Shown: positions 7,229 to 16,171, counted from the first letter of the stretch. The stretch is DNA of 60,999 nucleotides from a virus (IMGVR_UViG_3300004281_000002:1-60999), one strand, 5' to 3'. The notes: a model not told the origin generated them from the sequence alone. Translations and numbers: made by a program.

Positions 7229-8129
7229 CGCTCTCGACCTCGGCCATCTGCACCTGCGTGCCACGCGCTACGTGGAAACGCTGCTCCCAGCTCTTGAGCG
7301 TGCTGCCAATCTGCCGGAGCGAGTCGCGCATCGTGCGCAGTGCCGTCTCGACCAACTGCATCGAGACATCGCCGTCCTGGTACCCTTCGAGCAGCTTCCG
7401 CAGCATGGCACCATTGTGCTGCGACAGCGACCGGAAGCGCGCCCGGATCACGCGCTGGGCCTCGGCGCCCTTCTGGTGCTTCTTCTTCCGCCGACCACCC
7501 ATTTCCTTCCGCAGCTGCTCCTCGTCCACATCGTAGCGCGCTGCCGCCTGCGGAATGTTCAAGCTGCCATCCGTGATCGCTTCCATCGCTTGCTTCAGCC
7601 GCGCGCGGAGCCGTTGCATCTGGATCGTCCTGATGTACTTCTTCGCGAGCGACTGCGGAATGGGCAGAATCTCCGCGATTTTGCCGTAGGGCACCTTCTC
7701 CGCGAGCAGCAGCCGAATCGAGTGCTCGATGTCGTCCCGCGTGGGAGGCTTCGGACCACCCGCGTTCGCTTTGAACGCGAGAGCGATCTCCTGCACAGTG
7801 TCACGGGCCGGCGGCACGACCTTCGCCCGCACAGTCTTCCGATCGAGCAGCGCGCCTGCATCCACGCGATGCCGCCCGTCACGCACGATGCATCCGCTGC
7901 CGTCCTCGTTCGGGTACACCGTGATGGGGTCCAGCTCGACCCCGCCGTCGATCAGCTCGGCCAGCATCAAGGTGTGATCCTGGTCGGGCTTCTCACGCAC
8001 GTAGACAGAGACGTGGAGGTCCGACAGCGGGACTTCCACGGTCTGCCCGATCTTGCCCCAATAGCCGGCCCTCGCGATTACCGGCTTTGGAGCGGCAAGC
8101 AATGCCGCTCGCCGTTTCTCGTTCGCCAT
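7209..8129 (-). CDS. ParB/Srx N-terminal-domain protein with HTH-like C-terminal region
   Basis: LDPITV...IVRDGRHRVDA ParB motif; later NIPQAAARYDVD HTH-like segment; first gene behind a consensus sigma70 promoter. Confidence 0.8.
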   Translation of the reverse strand: MANEKRRAALLAAPKPVIARAGYWGKIGQTVEVPLSDLHVSVYVREKPDQDHTLMLAELIDGGVELDPITVYPNEDGSGCIVRDGRHRVDAGALLDRKTVRAKVVPPARDTVQEIALAFKANAGGPKPPTRDDIEHSIRLLLAEKVPYGKIAEILPIPQSLAKKYIRTIQMQRLRARLKQAMEAITDGSLNIPQAAARYDVDEEQLRKEMGGRRKKKHQKGAEAQRVIRARFRSLSQHNGAMLRKLLEGYQDGDVSMQLVETALRTMRDSLRQIGSTLKSWEQRFHVARGTQVQMAEVESDGDDNE

Positions 8130-8181
8130 AGGTCGTATCCTCCTTGCTAGTTTGCGGTCGCCTTGCTACGACCACGGCTGG

Positions 8182-8210
8182 AAATTAGCACAGCGGCTTT
8201 TCGATGTCAA
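8182..8210 (-). promoter_or_regulatory. Sigma70-type promoter TTGACA-17-TAATTT with TG extension
   Basis: Perfect -35 (8205-8210), 17-nt spacer, TGc-TAATTT (-10 at 8182-8187), AT-rich upstream tract; drives the early operon. Confidence 0.85.
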
Positions 8211-8273
8211 GACTATTTTTTGCCAATAGCAGAATAATCCGAATCACCGAGACAGTCTTGTCGGGTGCCACAA

Positions 8274-8837
8274 TTATTGGGCAGTTATTACCTGCCGGTT
8301 CCAAAATGCTTCTGGCGAGACTTGCATATCCCATACAGCGTCCGCGTACGTCGCTAGGAGCCGCAGGCGCAGCGCGCCGTGTCCGGTGGCTTTCCCACAC
8401 GGCGGTACCTCGTAGCACCCGCGTGGTGGCGTCTCCCGCAGAACAGTGGCTGCTGTCGCAAGCGCCACGAGATGCCCGATCGCAAATGAGGGGCGCTGCG
8501 TCAGACGCAGGGCTCGCCGCCACTTCGACCGTAGCACAGTGCCCGTAACTCCGAGTTTAATCGCACAGAGATAGTCAGCCAGCGCCCAGCTCAGGACAGG
8601 CAGGCGCCCAAATCCTCCACACGACGGACAGGCCCAGGCCCGGTCGCGCGGCACGAAGCGATAGGCCCACTTCCCACAGTAGGAACACGGCATCATCAAC
8701 TTCCCCTGCATCCTACATGCCGTGGGGAACCACCCCTTTGCCGCGTCGCGGATGCGGGCCATGTATTCGGCCCGTTCCCTCCGAGATTCACACTGCTTTA
8801 TTGCCTCCGTGTGCACTCGGGTGAGCGCCTGAACCAT
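8274..8837 (-). CDS. Hypothetical zinc-ribbon protein
   Basis: CSYCG...CPSCGG; start uncertain. Confidence 0.45.
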   Translation of the reverse strand: MVQALTRVHTEAIKQCESRRERAEYMARIRDAAKGWFPTACRMQGKLMMPCSYCGKWAYRFVPRDRAWACPSCGGFGRLPVLSWALADYLCAIKLGVTGTVLRSKWRRALRLTQRPSFAIGHLVALATAATVLRETPPRGCYEVPPCGKATGHGALRLRLLATYADAVWDMQVSPEAFWNRQVITAQ

Positions 8838-9000
8838 CGCCCGGTATGCCAGCGCCACATGCCAGACAGTCGGGACCGTCGCCGGCCATTCGACCCGGGC
8901 ACGGGCGAGCGCCAATGGGAGCCGGCGCAGCCCCCGGTGATCCGACCAGTGCCGACAGGACCGGCAGCGCTGAATGCGCCCGTCCTGGATAGCGCCGTCG

Positions 9001-9031
9001 AGAATGAGAAGGTGCCGCCCCGAGCGGCACC
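9001..9031 (-). terminator. Intrinsic terminator candidate
   Basis: GGTGCCGC / GCGGCACC stem (9011-9031) followed on the minus strand by TTCTCATTCT. Confidence 0.55.
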
Positions 9032-9042
9032 AGACCGCTTGC

Positions 9043-9192
9043 CTAGCGCGAGGTCGCGACGTGCAGCACTTCGGCCAGGGCAATGAAGAACGCCCCGAGC
9101 CAACCAATCTGTACCCGCGGTGCCGGGACGCCAGCCGTGGCGAGCGCGAAGCAAATCAACGCGACGAGCCAACACAGGAAGTCAATGCCCAT
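9043..9192 (-). CDS. 49-aa two-TM membrane protein, absent from the ORF track
   Basis: Hand translation MGIDFLCWLVALICFALATAGVPAPRVQIGWLGAFFIALAEVLHVATSR; TGATG coupling. Confidence 0.75.
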   Translation of the reverse strand: MGIDFLCWLVALICFALATAGVPAPRVQIGWLGAFFIALAEVLHVATSR

Positions 9193-9584
9193 CAGGCACC
9201 CTCTGGTTTGTAGTCCGCGAGCAGCCCTTCGCCCTCGTCCGAGGCGGGAACATTGGTCACCCCGCGGTGCAGCTGAACCAGGACCTTCGGCCCCAAAGCG
9301 AGCGCGATGCGGTCTCGCACCCCCGGCGGGGTATCGGGGTCAGTCAGTCGCCGGGCCAAGTAGCCAAGTGCCATCACCCCCACGTCGGCCAGAGCAACTG
9401 CCAGGTTGGTCTCCTTCGGCAGCTCTTCGAGCGGCTGGTTCTTATAGCGTAGCCACCAGTAGCCCAGGCGCTCGACCTCGGCGTCAGTAGGGATCGGTGA
9501 GCCATTCTGGACCCGACCTACGACCATGAGTGATCGCTTGGAGGAGCGACCAGAACCGCGCGAGCCCTTCTTCGTTCCACCCAT
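9192..9584 (-). CDS. Hypothetical helical protein
   Basis: Plausible composition; tight packing; start uncertain. Confidence 0.6.
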   Translation of the reverse strand: MGGTKKGSRGSGRSSKRSLMVVGRVQNGSPIPTDAEVERLGYWWLRYKNQPLEELPKETNLAVALADVGVMALGYLARRLTDPDTPPGVRDRIALALGPKVLVQLHRGVTNVPASDEGEGLLADYKPEGA

Positions 9585-9900
9585 TACGGCTCCAGGTGCG
9601 GCCACAGGCGACGCCCGCAAGTACCGCAGCGTGAATCGCCCAGGCGCGCTGAATCTTCTCGTGACAGGTCGCGCAGACCGTCACGAGGTTCTCGGGCCAG
9701 TCCCTTCCACTGCGCGAGCGCGGAATCACGTGGTGCACGGTCAGCTGCCGCAGGGAGCGGCACACCACACAGCGCCAGGAGTCGCGCTCGCAGATGTCGG
9801 TACGGAGCAGCCCCCAGGCTACTCGCGATCCTGTTCGACGTACCCGACGCGCGGCCCGGACCAGAGCCGCGTCTGCTGGCGCTGTTGGCGGCGTTCCCAT
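9484..9900 (-). CDS. HNH endonuclease
   Basis: ERDSWRCVVC...LTVHHVIPRSRSGRDWPENLVTVCATCH is a canonical HNH signature; start uncertain. Confidence 0.85.
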   Translation of the reverse strand: MGTPPTAPADAALVRAARRVRRTGSRVAWGLLRTDICERDSWRCVVCRSLRQLTVHHVIPRSRSGRDWPENLVTVCATCHEKIQRAWAIHAAVLAGVACGRTWSRNGWNEEGLARFWSLLQAITHGRRSGPEWLTDPY

Positions 9901-10130
9901 CGCTTGCGTTGAGCCACGACATCGAGCACGTCTACCACGTAGGCGCCGGGGAAGACGGACTTGGCGAGGATCACGTCCTGCCAGACCTGGAGCGGCACCC
10001 ACTTCCGAGAGAGTAGCGGAATCTCGGTCACATGGAAGGCCGGCAGCCACGGGGCCAACCCCGGCGGATAGGGCGTGTCGTAGAGACAGAGCAGCCCTAG
10101 GCCGGGGCTATCGACCCAGCGGATCATCAT
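9819..10130 (-). CDS. Hypothetical protein (103 aa)
   Basis: ATGA overlap with the upstream gene. Confidence 0.6.
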   Translation of the reverse strand: MMIRWVDSPGLGLLCLYDTPYPPGLAPWLPAFHVTEIPLLSRKWVPLQVWQDVILAKSVFPGAYVVDVLDVVAQRKRWERRQQRQQTRLWSGPRVGYVEQDRE

Positions 10131-10450
10131 GCCGCTTTGGCGTTGGCTGGGGCCTTGCTGCGGGCGCGATGGCGGCGCCGCCTACGCTTAGTCGAGGCGA
10201 CCGCAGCAACGCCGCTCGACTTGGGCGGACGCCCGCGCCGCACGACGTGGACCTCCTCGTACTGCGAGCGGAACTCGGTGTCACTTACGGTCTCCTGCGT
10301 GCCATCGGGGTGCGTGAGCAGCCAATCCCCCACGGTCACATGCTGCACTTCCGTGGGGTCGGCTATCTCGTCAGAGGACCCCGAGATCGTCAGCGGTCTC
10401 GTGAATTGGATCGCGTCGACTTCCCGAATCTTGGTCCGAAATCTCGGCAT
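10127..10450 (-). CDS. PGDYG-like small protein with AT-hook-like basic tail
   Basis: EVDAIQFT...VGDWLL...F...YE, then RRGRPPK and RRRRRHR. Confidence 0.7.
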   Translation of the reverse strand: MPRFRTKIREVDAIQFTRPLTISGSSDEIADPTEVQHVTVGDWLLTHPDGTQETVSDTEFRSQYEEVHVVRRGRPPKSSGVAAVASTKRRRRRHRARSKAPANAKAA

Positions 10451-10694
10451 GAGTGTTTCCCTTCTGCTCTGCGGGCGTCGTCCACCCGAGCGTGAGCTGT
10501 GCTGCTTCGATGGTAATGACGACTATCTGCTCTTTTTGCAATAGGGCGAGCGCCTGTGTGCCCTCCGCGTCCACCATGTCGCCCTCGCACTGAAGCTGGA
10601 GGGTGGAATGGACCTCACCGCGATCGTTGAATTTCTGCGTCATTGTCGCCCGCTTGATCGCTGCCCGCCAGGTCAGCTTCGCCTCGTTCGCCAT
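10371..10694 (-). CDS. Hypothetical protein
   Basis: GGGAGG RBS; the C-terminal part overlaps the next gene. Confidence 0.65.
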   Translation of the reverse strand: MANEAKLTWRAAIKRATMTQKFNDRGEVHSTLQLQCEGDMVDAEGTQALALLQKEQIVVITIEAAQLTLGWTTPAEQKGNTHAEISDQDSGSRRDPIHETADDLGVL

Positions 10695-10757
10695 GCCTTC
10701 TGCCTCCCGCGATATGCACGTTGCCGTTCCCGTGCCCGCCGTTTCAGAAACTGCTCC

Positions 10758-11084
10758 TCAGTCTCGCCTCGCAAGAGCACCCCGCACCGTGGACACTTCG
10801 GTCCCGTCCGCTCCTTGACCGCTTTCGGCATCAGTCGTCGGTGTGCTCCACGTCCCCAGGAATTCCTGGCTCACTGCCGTGATCCGCGCCCCCAGCCGGG
10901 GCGAGCCCGTCACCCGGGCTGCCACTTCCAACGCTTCGCTCAGGATGTCCAGCACCCCCGCCGGGAGTGCCATCTGCACCACGAACACGGTCGTCTCCCC
11001 CGTCCCCTGCCGCGCTACCACCCGCATGCCCTTCGGGAGCGGACAACAGAGCGACAGCGGGCGGTCCAGAGTCGGGGCTGCCAT
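10758..11084 (-). CDS. Hypothetical protein (108 aa, MAAPTLDR...)
   Basis: GAGGAGG RBS; overlaps the low-complexity tail of the helicase ORF. Confidence 0.6.
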   Translation of the reverse strand: MAAPTLDRPLSLCCPLPKGMRVVARQGTGETTVFVVQMALPAGVLDILSEALEVAARVTGSPRLGARITAVSQEFLGTWSTPTTDAESGQGADGTEVSTVRGALARRD

Positions 11085-12957
11085 CGTCACCCTCCTCGTA
11101 CTCCAGCTCGGCCACCGGAATGATGTGCCGCTGGTTGGTCGCTTCGAGCGTCTCCAATGCGTATCGTGACACGTCGTGGGCTTCTGGATCACCCGACAGC
11201 GCAAGCACGAGCGCGTCACGCGCCCGGCTGACTGCCACGTAATACAGCCGCCGCTCCTCGCCCTCAGGCTCGCCCCGATGGTGCGGCAGGATGTCCTCCT
11301 CCAAACCGACCAAGAGCACGATCGGCCATTCCAAACCCTTCGCCCGGTGGATGGTGCTCAGCGTGATCGAACCAGCCGCAGTCTCCACCCGCTTCGGATG
11401 GCGCCGGCACTGATCCACGAACGCCACGAATTCCCCGAGCGTGCGCGTGCCCGCGCCTTCCACAAGGCTATCCAGATTCTCGTCCACGTCATTGTCTTCC
11501 GACTCCTCCTGCTCCGCGAGCCCGTCCTTGTGCACCCAATTCCGGTAGCCGACCGGGCCATTGAGCACGTAGTGCAGGATGCCCGCAGCCCGCGTGTCGT
11601 GACTGTAGCGTCGAAGCTGACAGCAGATCGACCACAGCTCGTCCGCCCGCTCACTCATGTAGCGCTGCGACCAGCGGAACGCGCTCGGCCCGCTCGTCTC
11701 CCACTTCGGCCAACCGCCCTGCGCCTGTAATGAATCCAGCCAGACACGTCCTAAGTAACGGGAGGGCCGGTTGTAGATGCGTTCGAGGGATGCCAGCCGA
11801 TCGAGCCCCGCAGCGTACTCCAGGTACGCCATCACGTCCTTGATCTCCGCCCGGTCGTAAAATGAGAAGCCCCCCGCCACCACGTAGGGCACACCGAGCC
11901 CGACGCAGACCGCCTCGCACTCGCCTAGCACAGCATGCGTGCGGCCAAGCACCACCACATCGGTCGGCGGCACCTTGGCCGCCATCAGCAGCCCGAGCGA
12001 CCGCTCGAACGAATGCCGGAGTAACCGTTCCCAGGTGCCACCCACCACGATCGGCAGAATCGGTGTGCCTTCCTCACGCGCCTGCGAGACGTTCACGTGT
12101 TCCTTCTTCCCGTGCAGCACGCGGTTCGCCGTCGTGATGATCTGCCCGCGGCTACGGTAGTTCCGGCTGATCGTGTAGGTGGCAAACGGCGCTTGATCGA
12201 AGCGAGTTTCGAGGGATTCGAGCATGCCGTCCTGCGTGGCTCCACGCCACGTGTAAATCGACTGCCCCGGATCACCCACGATGTAGAGCTGCGTGCTCGC
12301 TCCCACCAGATGTTCGAGGAGGTCCCACTGACACGTGCTCGTATCCTGGGCCTCGTCCACGATCAGGTGCGCGTAGCGCCGGAGCCACTTCTGGTGACGC
12401 CCCGGATCGCTCGCAAGCAGCGCCGTGGGCTGAAGCACGAGGTCGTCAAAGTCCCACAGGCCCTCGTCGTCGTGCAGGATGCGCTCGTACTCGTAGCCGA
12501 CTTCCGCGATGTTCGCCGGATACGCTACCCCGAACGCACGGGCACGGCCGATCTTTGCCTTCACGTACGTGAGTGAGTCGCGGCACCCGGTTGCCTTGAT
12601 CGCACGCAACACCAAGGTGCCCCGCTTGCGGTCGTCCGCGATCGGACGGCCCATGCGCTCGAATTGGAGTATCCGGTAGCCGAGCGAGTGGATGGTACCG
12701 ATCTGCGCGTCGATCGCGGTCGTGCCTACGCGCCGTTTAATCTCCTCCGCGGCGCGCTTGGAGAACGTGACCACGCAGAGGTCACGGGGCGGTACGCCCT
12801 GTGCCTGCACGAGATAACGCACCCGAGCCGCGAGGCACGTCGTCTTGCCCGTACCCGCACCGGCCCGCACACGCACGAAGCGCTCGGGGGCCATCGCGGC
12901 AGCCCGCTGCTCATCGTCGAGTCGAAGATCACTGGTACCGGACATCGGACGCTCCAT
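10831..12957 (-). CDS. UvrD/PcrA-like SF1 DNA helicase
   Basis: AGAGTGKT (Walker A), VTFS, IVDEAQD, VGDPGQSIYTWRGA, NYRS, STIHRAKGLEW, EERRLYYVAVSRAR. Confidence 0.97.
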   Translation of the reverse strand: MERPMSGTSDLRLDDEQRAAAMAPERFVRVRAGAGTGKTTCLAARVRYLVQAQGVPPRDLCVVTFSKRAAEEIKRRVGTTAIDAQIGTIHSLGYRILQFERMGRPIADDRKRGTLVLRAIKATGCRDSLTYVKAKIGRARAFGVAYPANIAEVGYEYERILHDDEGLWDFDDLVLQPTALLASDPGRHQKWLRRYAHLIVDEAQDTSTCQWDLLEHLVGASTQLYIVGDPGQSIYTWRGATQDGMLESLETRFDQAPFATYTISRNYRSRGQIITTANRVLHGKKEHVNVSQAREEGTPILPIVVGGTWERLLRHSFERSLGLLMAAKVPPTDVVVLGRTHAVLGECEAVCVGLGVPYVVAGGFSFYDRAEIKDVMAYLEYAAGLDRLASLERIYNRPSRYLGRVWLDSLQAQGGWPKWETSGPSAFRWSQRYMSERADELWSICCQLRRYSHDTRAAGILHYVLNGPVGYRNWVHKDGLAEQEESEDNDVDENLDSLVEGAGTRTLGEFVAFVDQCRRHPKRVETAAGSITLSTIHRAKGLEWPIVLLVGLEEDILPHHRGEPEGEERRLYYVAVSRARDALVLALSGDPEAHDVSRYALETLEATNQRHIIPVAELEYEEGDDGSPDSGPPAVALLSAPEGHAGGSAAGDGGDDRVRGADGTPGGGAGHPERSVGSGSPGDGLAPAGGADHGSEPGIPGDVEHTDD

Positions 12958-13156
12958 CCGGATCGGACTCCGGGGTTTCTGCGTGCACCCGCGCCAGATA
13001 CTCCTCGGCACTGTTCAGGTGCGTGAGCGCCAGCTGCAACGCCGCGCTCGCTTCGGTCCGGTACGTCCGGGCCTTCGTGTACTCCAGGACTGCCAGACAC
13101 AGGAACGCCGCTGCCGTCGACACGCACAGCGACGCCAGTGCATACACGGTTGCCAT
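12929..13156 (-). CDS. Small N-terminally membrane-anchored protein (75 aa)
   Basis: Hydrophobic N-terminus; GCAAGGAGG RBS. Confidence 0.7.
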   Translation of the reverse strand: MATVYALASLCVSTAAAFLCLAVLEYTKARTYRTEASAALQLALTHLNSAEEYLARVHAETPESDPDGASDVRYQ

Positions 13157-13180
13157 AGTGTTCCTCCTTGCTGCCCAGCC

Positions 13181-14794
13181 CTACGCCGGGCCACCCGCCG
13201 CTGCCGCCATCGTGCGTTCGAGCATCACGCCAAACACCTGGGGGTCGGTAATCACCGAGCGCGCCTGAGCCAACAGCTGACGCAACTCGGGCATCGGAAT
13301 CTGCTCGATCATGTCCACGCCACGGGACTTCGTGAGCAGTAGGATCACCTTGTCCTTCAGGTGTGTCGTCGCGGTCTCTGTCAGCACCGCGTTCAGTAAC
13401 TGCTCCTGCTCCGACCCCGAGGTCAAGGCCGGCTCAGCCGCCTGCGACTCCAACAGGAGAATCAGCTCCGCCCCCTCTGCCTCGTTCATGTACCGCAATT
13501 CGACCGGCTGATTCGACGCGAGCCACGGACGCTGCCGAGCTTCGAGCCACTTGCGCGCGAGGCCCTTCAGCTCCTGGAAGTTGGGCTGTCCTGCCCGGTC
13601 GGTCGTGAGATCACCGAGCCGCTTCAGCTGCGGCTTCGTGATCCCCGCCGTCTTCACCACCGTCACCTTGCCGTCCGGTCCCAGGTGCTCGAAGTAGTGC
13701 ACCATCGCCGGAGGTCCTGCCGGCGGGAGTGGCGTCACCGCAGCCGGCGGCTCGGCTGAAATCGGAGAACTCGGCGCTGACTGGTCCAGCCCGTTACCCT
13801 CGGACGCCGCGTCCGCACCCTTTGCGGTAGGCTCGGACGCCGGCTCCTCCTCAGGCTCGACCTCAGGCTCGGCTTCCGGCTCGACTTCACCAGGCGGCTC
13901 AGGAGCCTCGGGCGCGGGCTGGTCAGGCTCCTGGGCCTCGGGCGGCGGCTGGAGGTCTCTCAAGGCGTCTGCGGGCGCCGCAGGCGGTGGCGTGACCGGT
14001 GGCGTGACCGGTGGCATATCCACCGGATGCTCCTCTACGTGGGTCTCGCCTCGGACCTCGCCTGGCGCATAGGCCCCGAGGATCACGTCGGGGAAGACGG
14101 CGCGCACAGCCTCGGTCGAGCACCGGGCGAGCAACATAGCCCGCGGGTACTTCCGCCAGCTCTCGTCGATCAGCCCAGCCCGCTGAGCATCCGCCAGCGT
14201 ATAGCGGTGCTCCCCCAGATAATCGGGCCGGTCCCCGTCCCCGTAGCGAATCGCCTGAAGCACACACTCCTCGTTCGAGAGTGTCTTCGGCACCAGCAGC
14301 CCGCGCCCGGAGCGCCCGACCAACGCCCGGCACAGCTCGGCCTGCATTTCGATCTTCCCCTCGGGCGTCCAGTACAATCCCTGGACCGACTCCGTGGGAC
14401 CGATCCCCAACTCCATCCCGCGCACCAGCAGGATCGTCAGCTGCACTTCCGTGAGATCACGTCCGAGCCCACCCACCTTAAAGAGCCGGGCCATGTCCTG
14501 GAGGTTGCTCATCATCTGGACTGCCCGTTCGATCGTCGGCTGTGACGGGCGCTTCGCCGCGCGCACGCGCGCCATCTTCGCCTTCGCTTCCTTCGTCCCC
14601 GCGTGCTGCGAGGGGTCCTCACCCGGTGCCGTCACCAGGGTCTGTTGCTTTGGTCGTCGTGGCATTTTCGGTTTCTTCTCCTTCCGCCGGCTCATGTCCC
14701 GGCACGCCTTGCACTCCACCCGCCCGGTCGGACGCGTGTACGTGCCCACCCGCTCCAAATCGTGGCCTCGGCTACAAACAGTGTGTACATCCAT
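13181..14794 (-). CDS. RecT/Red-beta-like ssDNA annealing protein with N-terminal Zn ribbon and Pro/Glu-rich linker
   Basis: GMELGIGP...YTLADAQRAGL...WRKYPRAMLLARC...FPDVILGAY. N-terminal CSRGH...CKAC. Start MDVHT is coupled (TAATG) to the exonuclease stop. Confidence 0.8.
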   Translation of the reverse strand: MDVHTVCSRGHDLERVGTYTRPTGRVECKACRDMSRRKEKKPKMPRRPKQQTLVTAPGEDPSQHAGTKEAKAKMARVRAAKRPSQPTIERAVQMMSNLQDMARLFKVGGLGRDLTEVQLTILLVRGMELGIGPTESVQGLYWTPEGKIEMQAELCRALVGRSGRGLLVPKTLSNEECVLQAIRYGDGDRPDYLGEHRYTLADAQRAGLIDESWRKYPRAMLLARCSTEAVRAVFPDVILGAYAPGEVRGETHVEEHPVDMPPVTPPVTPPPAAPADALRDLQPPPEAQEPDQPAPEAPEPPGEVEPEAEPEVEPEEEPASEPTAKGADAASEGNGLDQSAPSSPISAEPPAAVTPLPPAGPPAMVHYFEHLGPDGKVTVVKTAGITKPQLKRLGDLTTDRAGQPNFQELKGLARKWLEARQRPWLASNQPVELRYMNEAEGAELILLLESQAAEPALTSGSEQEQLLNAVLTETATTHLKDKVILLLTKSRGVDMIEQIPMPELRQLLAQARSVITDPQVFGVMLERTMAAAAGGPA

Positions 14795-15678
14795 TAGTCG
14801 TCCCATCCCGTGAAGAGATCGATCAGCTTGGGGTCTACCCGCGTGAGCCGCTGGTCCCGCTCGGTGGACGCCGCCGCGTAGCAGAGCGGCACCATCTCGC
14901 ACGTGCCCATCCGAAAACACGCCCGCGGGTTCTGCCAGAACTGCCCCTGCTTGATCGCTTTGTCGATCGCGATGGCCGACGCGAGAAACTGATCCGTCAC
15001 GTGCTCCGGACGGCGCGGCACGAGCAGCCACTGAATGCGCGGATTCGACCCCCGGATCATGCGGCACAGCCCGAGCTGCGCTACCACGCGTCCGTGGGCT
15101 TCCTGGGCCAGCTGGTAGCCCGTCAGCTGCGGGTCCAGCTCCACGGACAGGGGCGGGATGTCCCGGTCCCCCGTCTTGAAGTCGAGCACGGTGGGCAGGT
15201 AGTCGCTAAAGAGGTCCTGGCGCACGTGGCAGTAGAGATCGGGAATCGACAGCTCCTCCACCTGGGGTGCCAAGAAGAACCGGATGTCCTCCTGCGTGAA
15301 CATCTGCCCCGGCTCCGGCACCAGGATGCGCTCCCGAATCTCGGGCACAATCACCTTCGCGAGCGCCGTGCCCTGCTCCCCGAGCGCCTCGAACGTCACC
15401 CGCGTCGACCACTCGATCGTGGTCGGGTCAAGCCAGTACCAGGCGCCTTGGAACAGACGCACGGCTTCGGCGGAGTCCGTGACCAGCCCCGCCGCGATGC
15501 ACGTGGCGAGGTTCTCGAAGATGCGTCCGAACACCCACTGTCCCTTGTCGTACTTCGGGCGCCAGCCTTGCAGGTAGTGCAGCAGCCATTTGTAGGGACA
15601 CGTCATGTACGTGTCCCGCTGCGAACAGCTGCGCCGGAAATCGTAGTTCGGTTCGTTAAGAAACGCGCTTGCCATCAT
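14794..15678 (-). CDS. PD-(D/E)XK exonuclease (RecB/AddB/Cas4-like, 4-Cys)
   Basis: CPYKW, IPDL, VLDFKTG, QLTGY and C-terminal C-x5-C-x5-C; adjacent to the RecT-like gene. Confidence 0.85.
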   Translation of the reverse strand: MMASAFLNEPNYDFRRSCSQRDTYMTCPYKWLLHYLQGWRPKYDKGQWVFGRIFENLATCIAAGLVTDSAEAVRLFQGAWYWLDPTTIEWSTRVTFEALGEQGTALAKVIVPEIRERILVPEPGQMFTQEDIRFFLAPQVEELSIPDLYCHVRQDLFSDYLPTVLDFKTGDRDIPPLSVELDPQLTGYQLAQEAHGRVVAQLGLCRMIRGSNPRIQWLLVPRRPEHVTDQFLASAIAIDKAIKQGQFWQNPRACFRMGTCEMVPLCYAAASTERDQRLTRVDPKLIDLFTGWDD

Positions 15679-16171
15679 GGTCCCAATCCTCCTTGCGTCC
15701 GTAGTCTGCGATCAGGAGCGCTTCCGCGGCGCCCTCCTGCGACGCCTTGAGTGCTCCCACCTTGGGCCAGCGCTCCTGCACCATCAGGCGCGAGGCCCGC
15801 TTGTCCTGCTTGAGTAACCCCTGTGCCCGCTTCCACACCACCGGGTAGACCCAGCGGATGGGCAGGTTCATCCCGACCAGCATGCCGTGCCACAGCCCGA
15901 CGCCGTATCCCGTCTTGTAGACCGCCATCGCATGCTGCCCTGGTCGCGTGCCCCCGCGCTCGATCCAGACGGCACGGACTCCCTGTGCCTTCCAGGTGGC
16001 GAGGTAGGTCCAGGCCACGGCGAGATCGTATTCGTGCTGCTGCCGCTTGCCGTTCTGCACCACCGTGGCCGGCATGGTGCACAGCTCGATCCAGTCGGGG
16101 TCGCTCACACTGAGCACGCCAAATCCCCCCGAAATCCCTGGATCGATTCCGATGATTAAATCCTTCGGCAT
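15656..16171 (-). CDS. RuvC-like Holliday junction resolvase
   Basis: IIGIDPGISGG, VWIE, PVVWKR, AEALLIA. Confidence 0.9.
   Translation of the reverse strand: MPKDLIIGIDPGISGGFGVLSVSDPDWIELCTMPATVVQNGKRQQHEYDLAVAWTYLATWKAQGVRAVWIERGGTRPGQHAMAVYKTGYGVGLWHGMLVGMNLPIRWVYPVVWKRAQGLLKQDKRASRLMVQERWPKVGALKASQEGAAEALLIADYGRKEDWDHDGKRVS

Noticed and set aside
9192-9584. Possible terminase small subunit next to the HNH gene
   Set aside because: No recognisable TerS motif and far from terL; TerS more likely lies beyond the right edge of the window.
14794-15678. Cas4-like nuclease as a sign of a CRISPR-Cas locus
   Set aside because: No array or other cas genes are present; the context (RecT-like, RuvC-like) indicates a recombination exonuclease.
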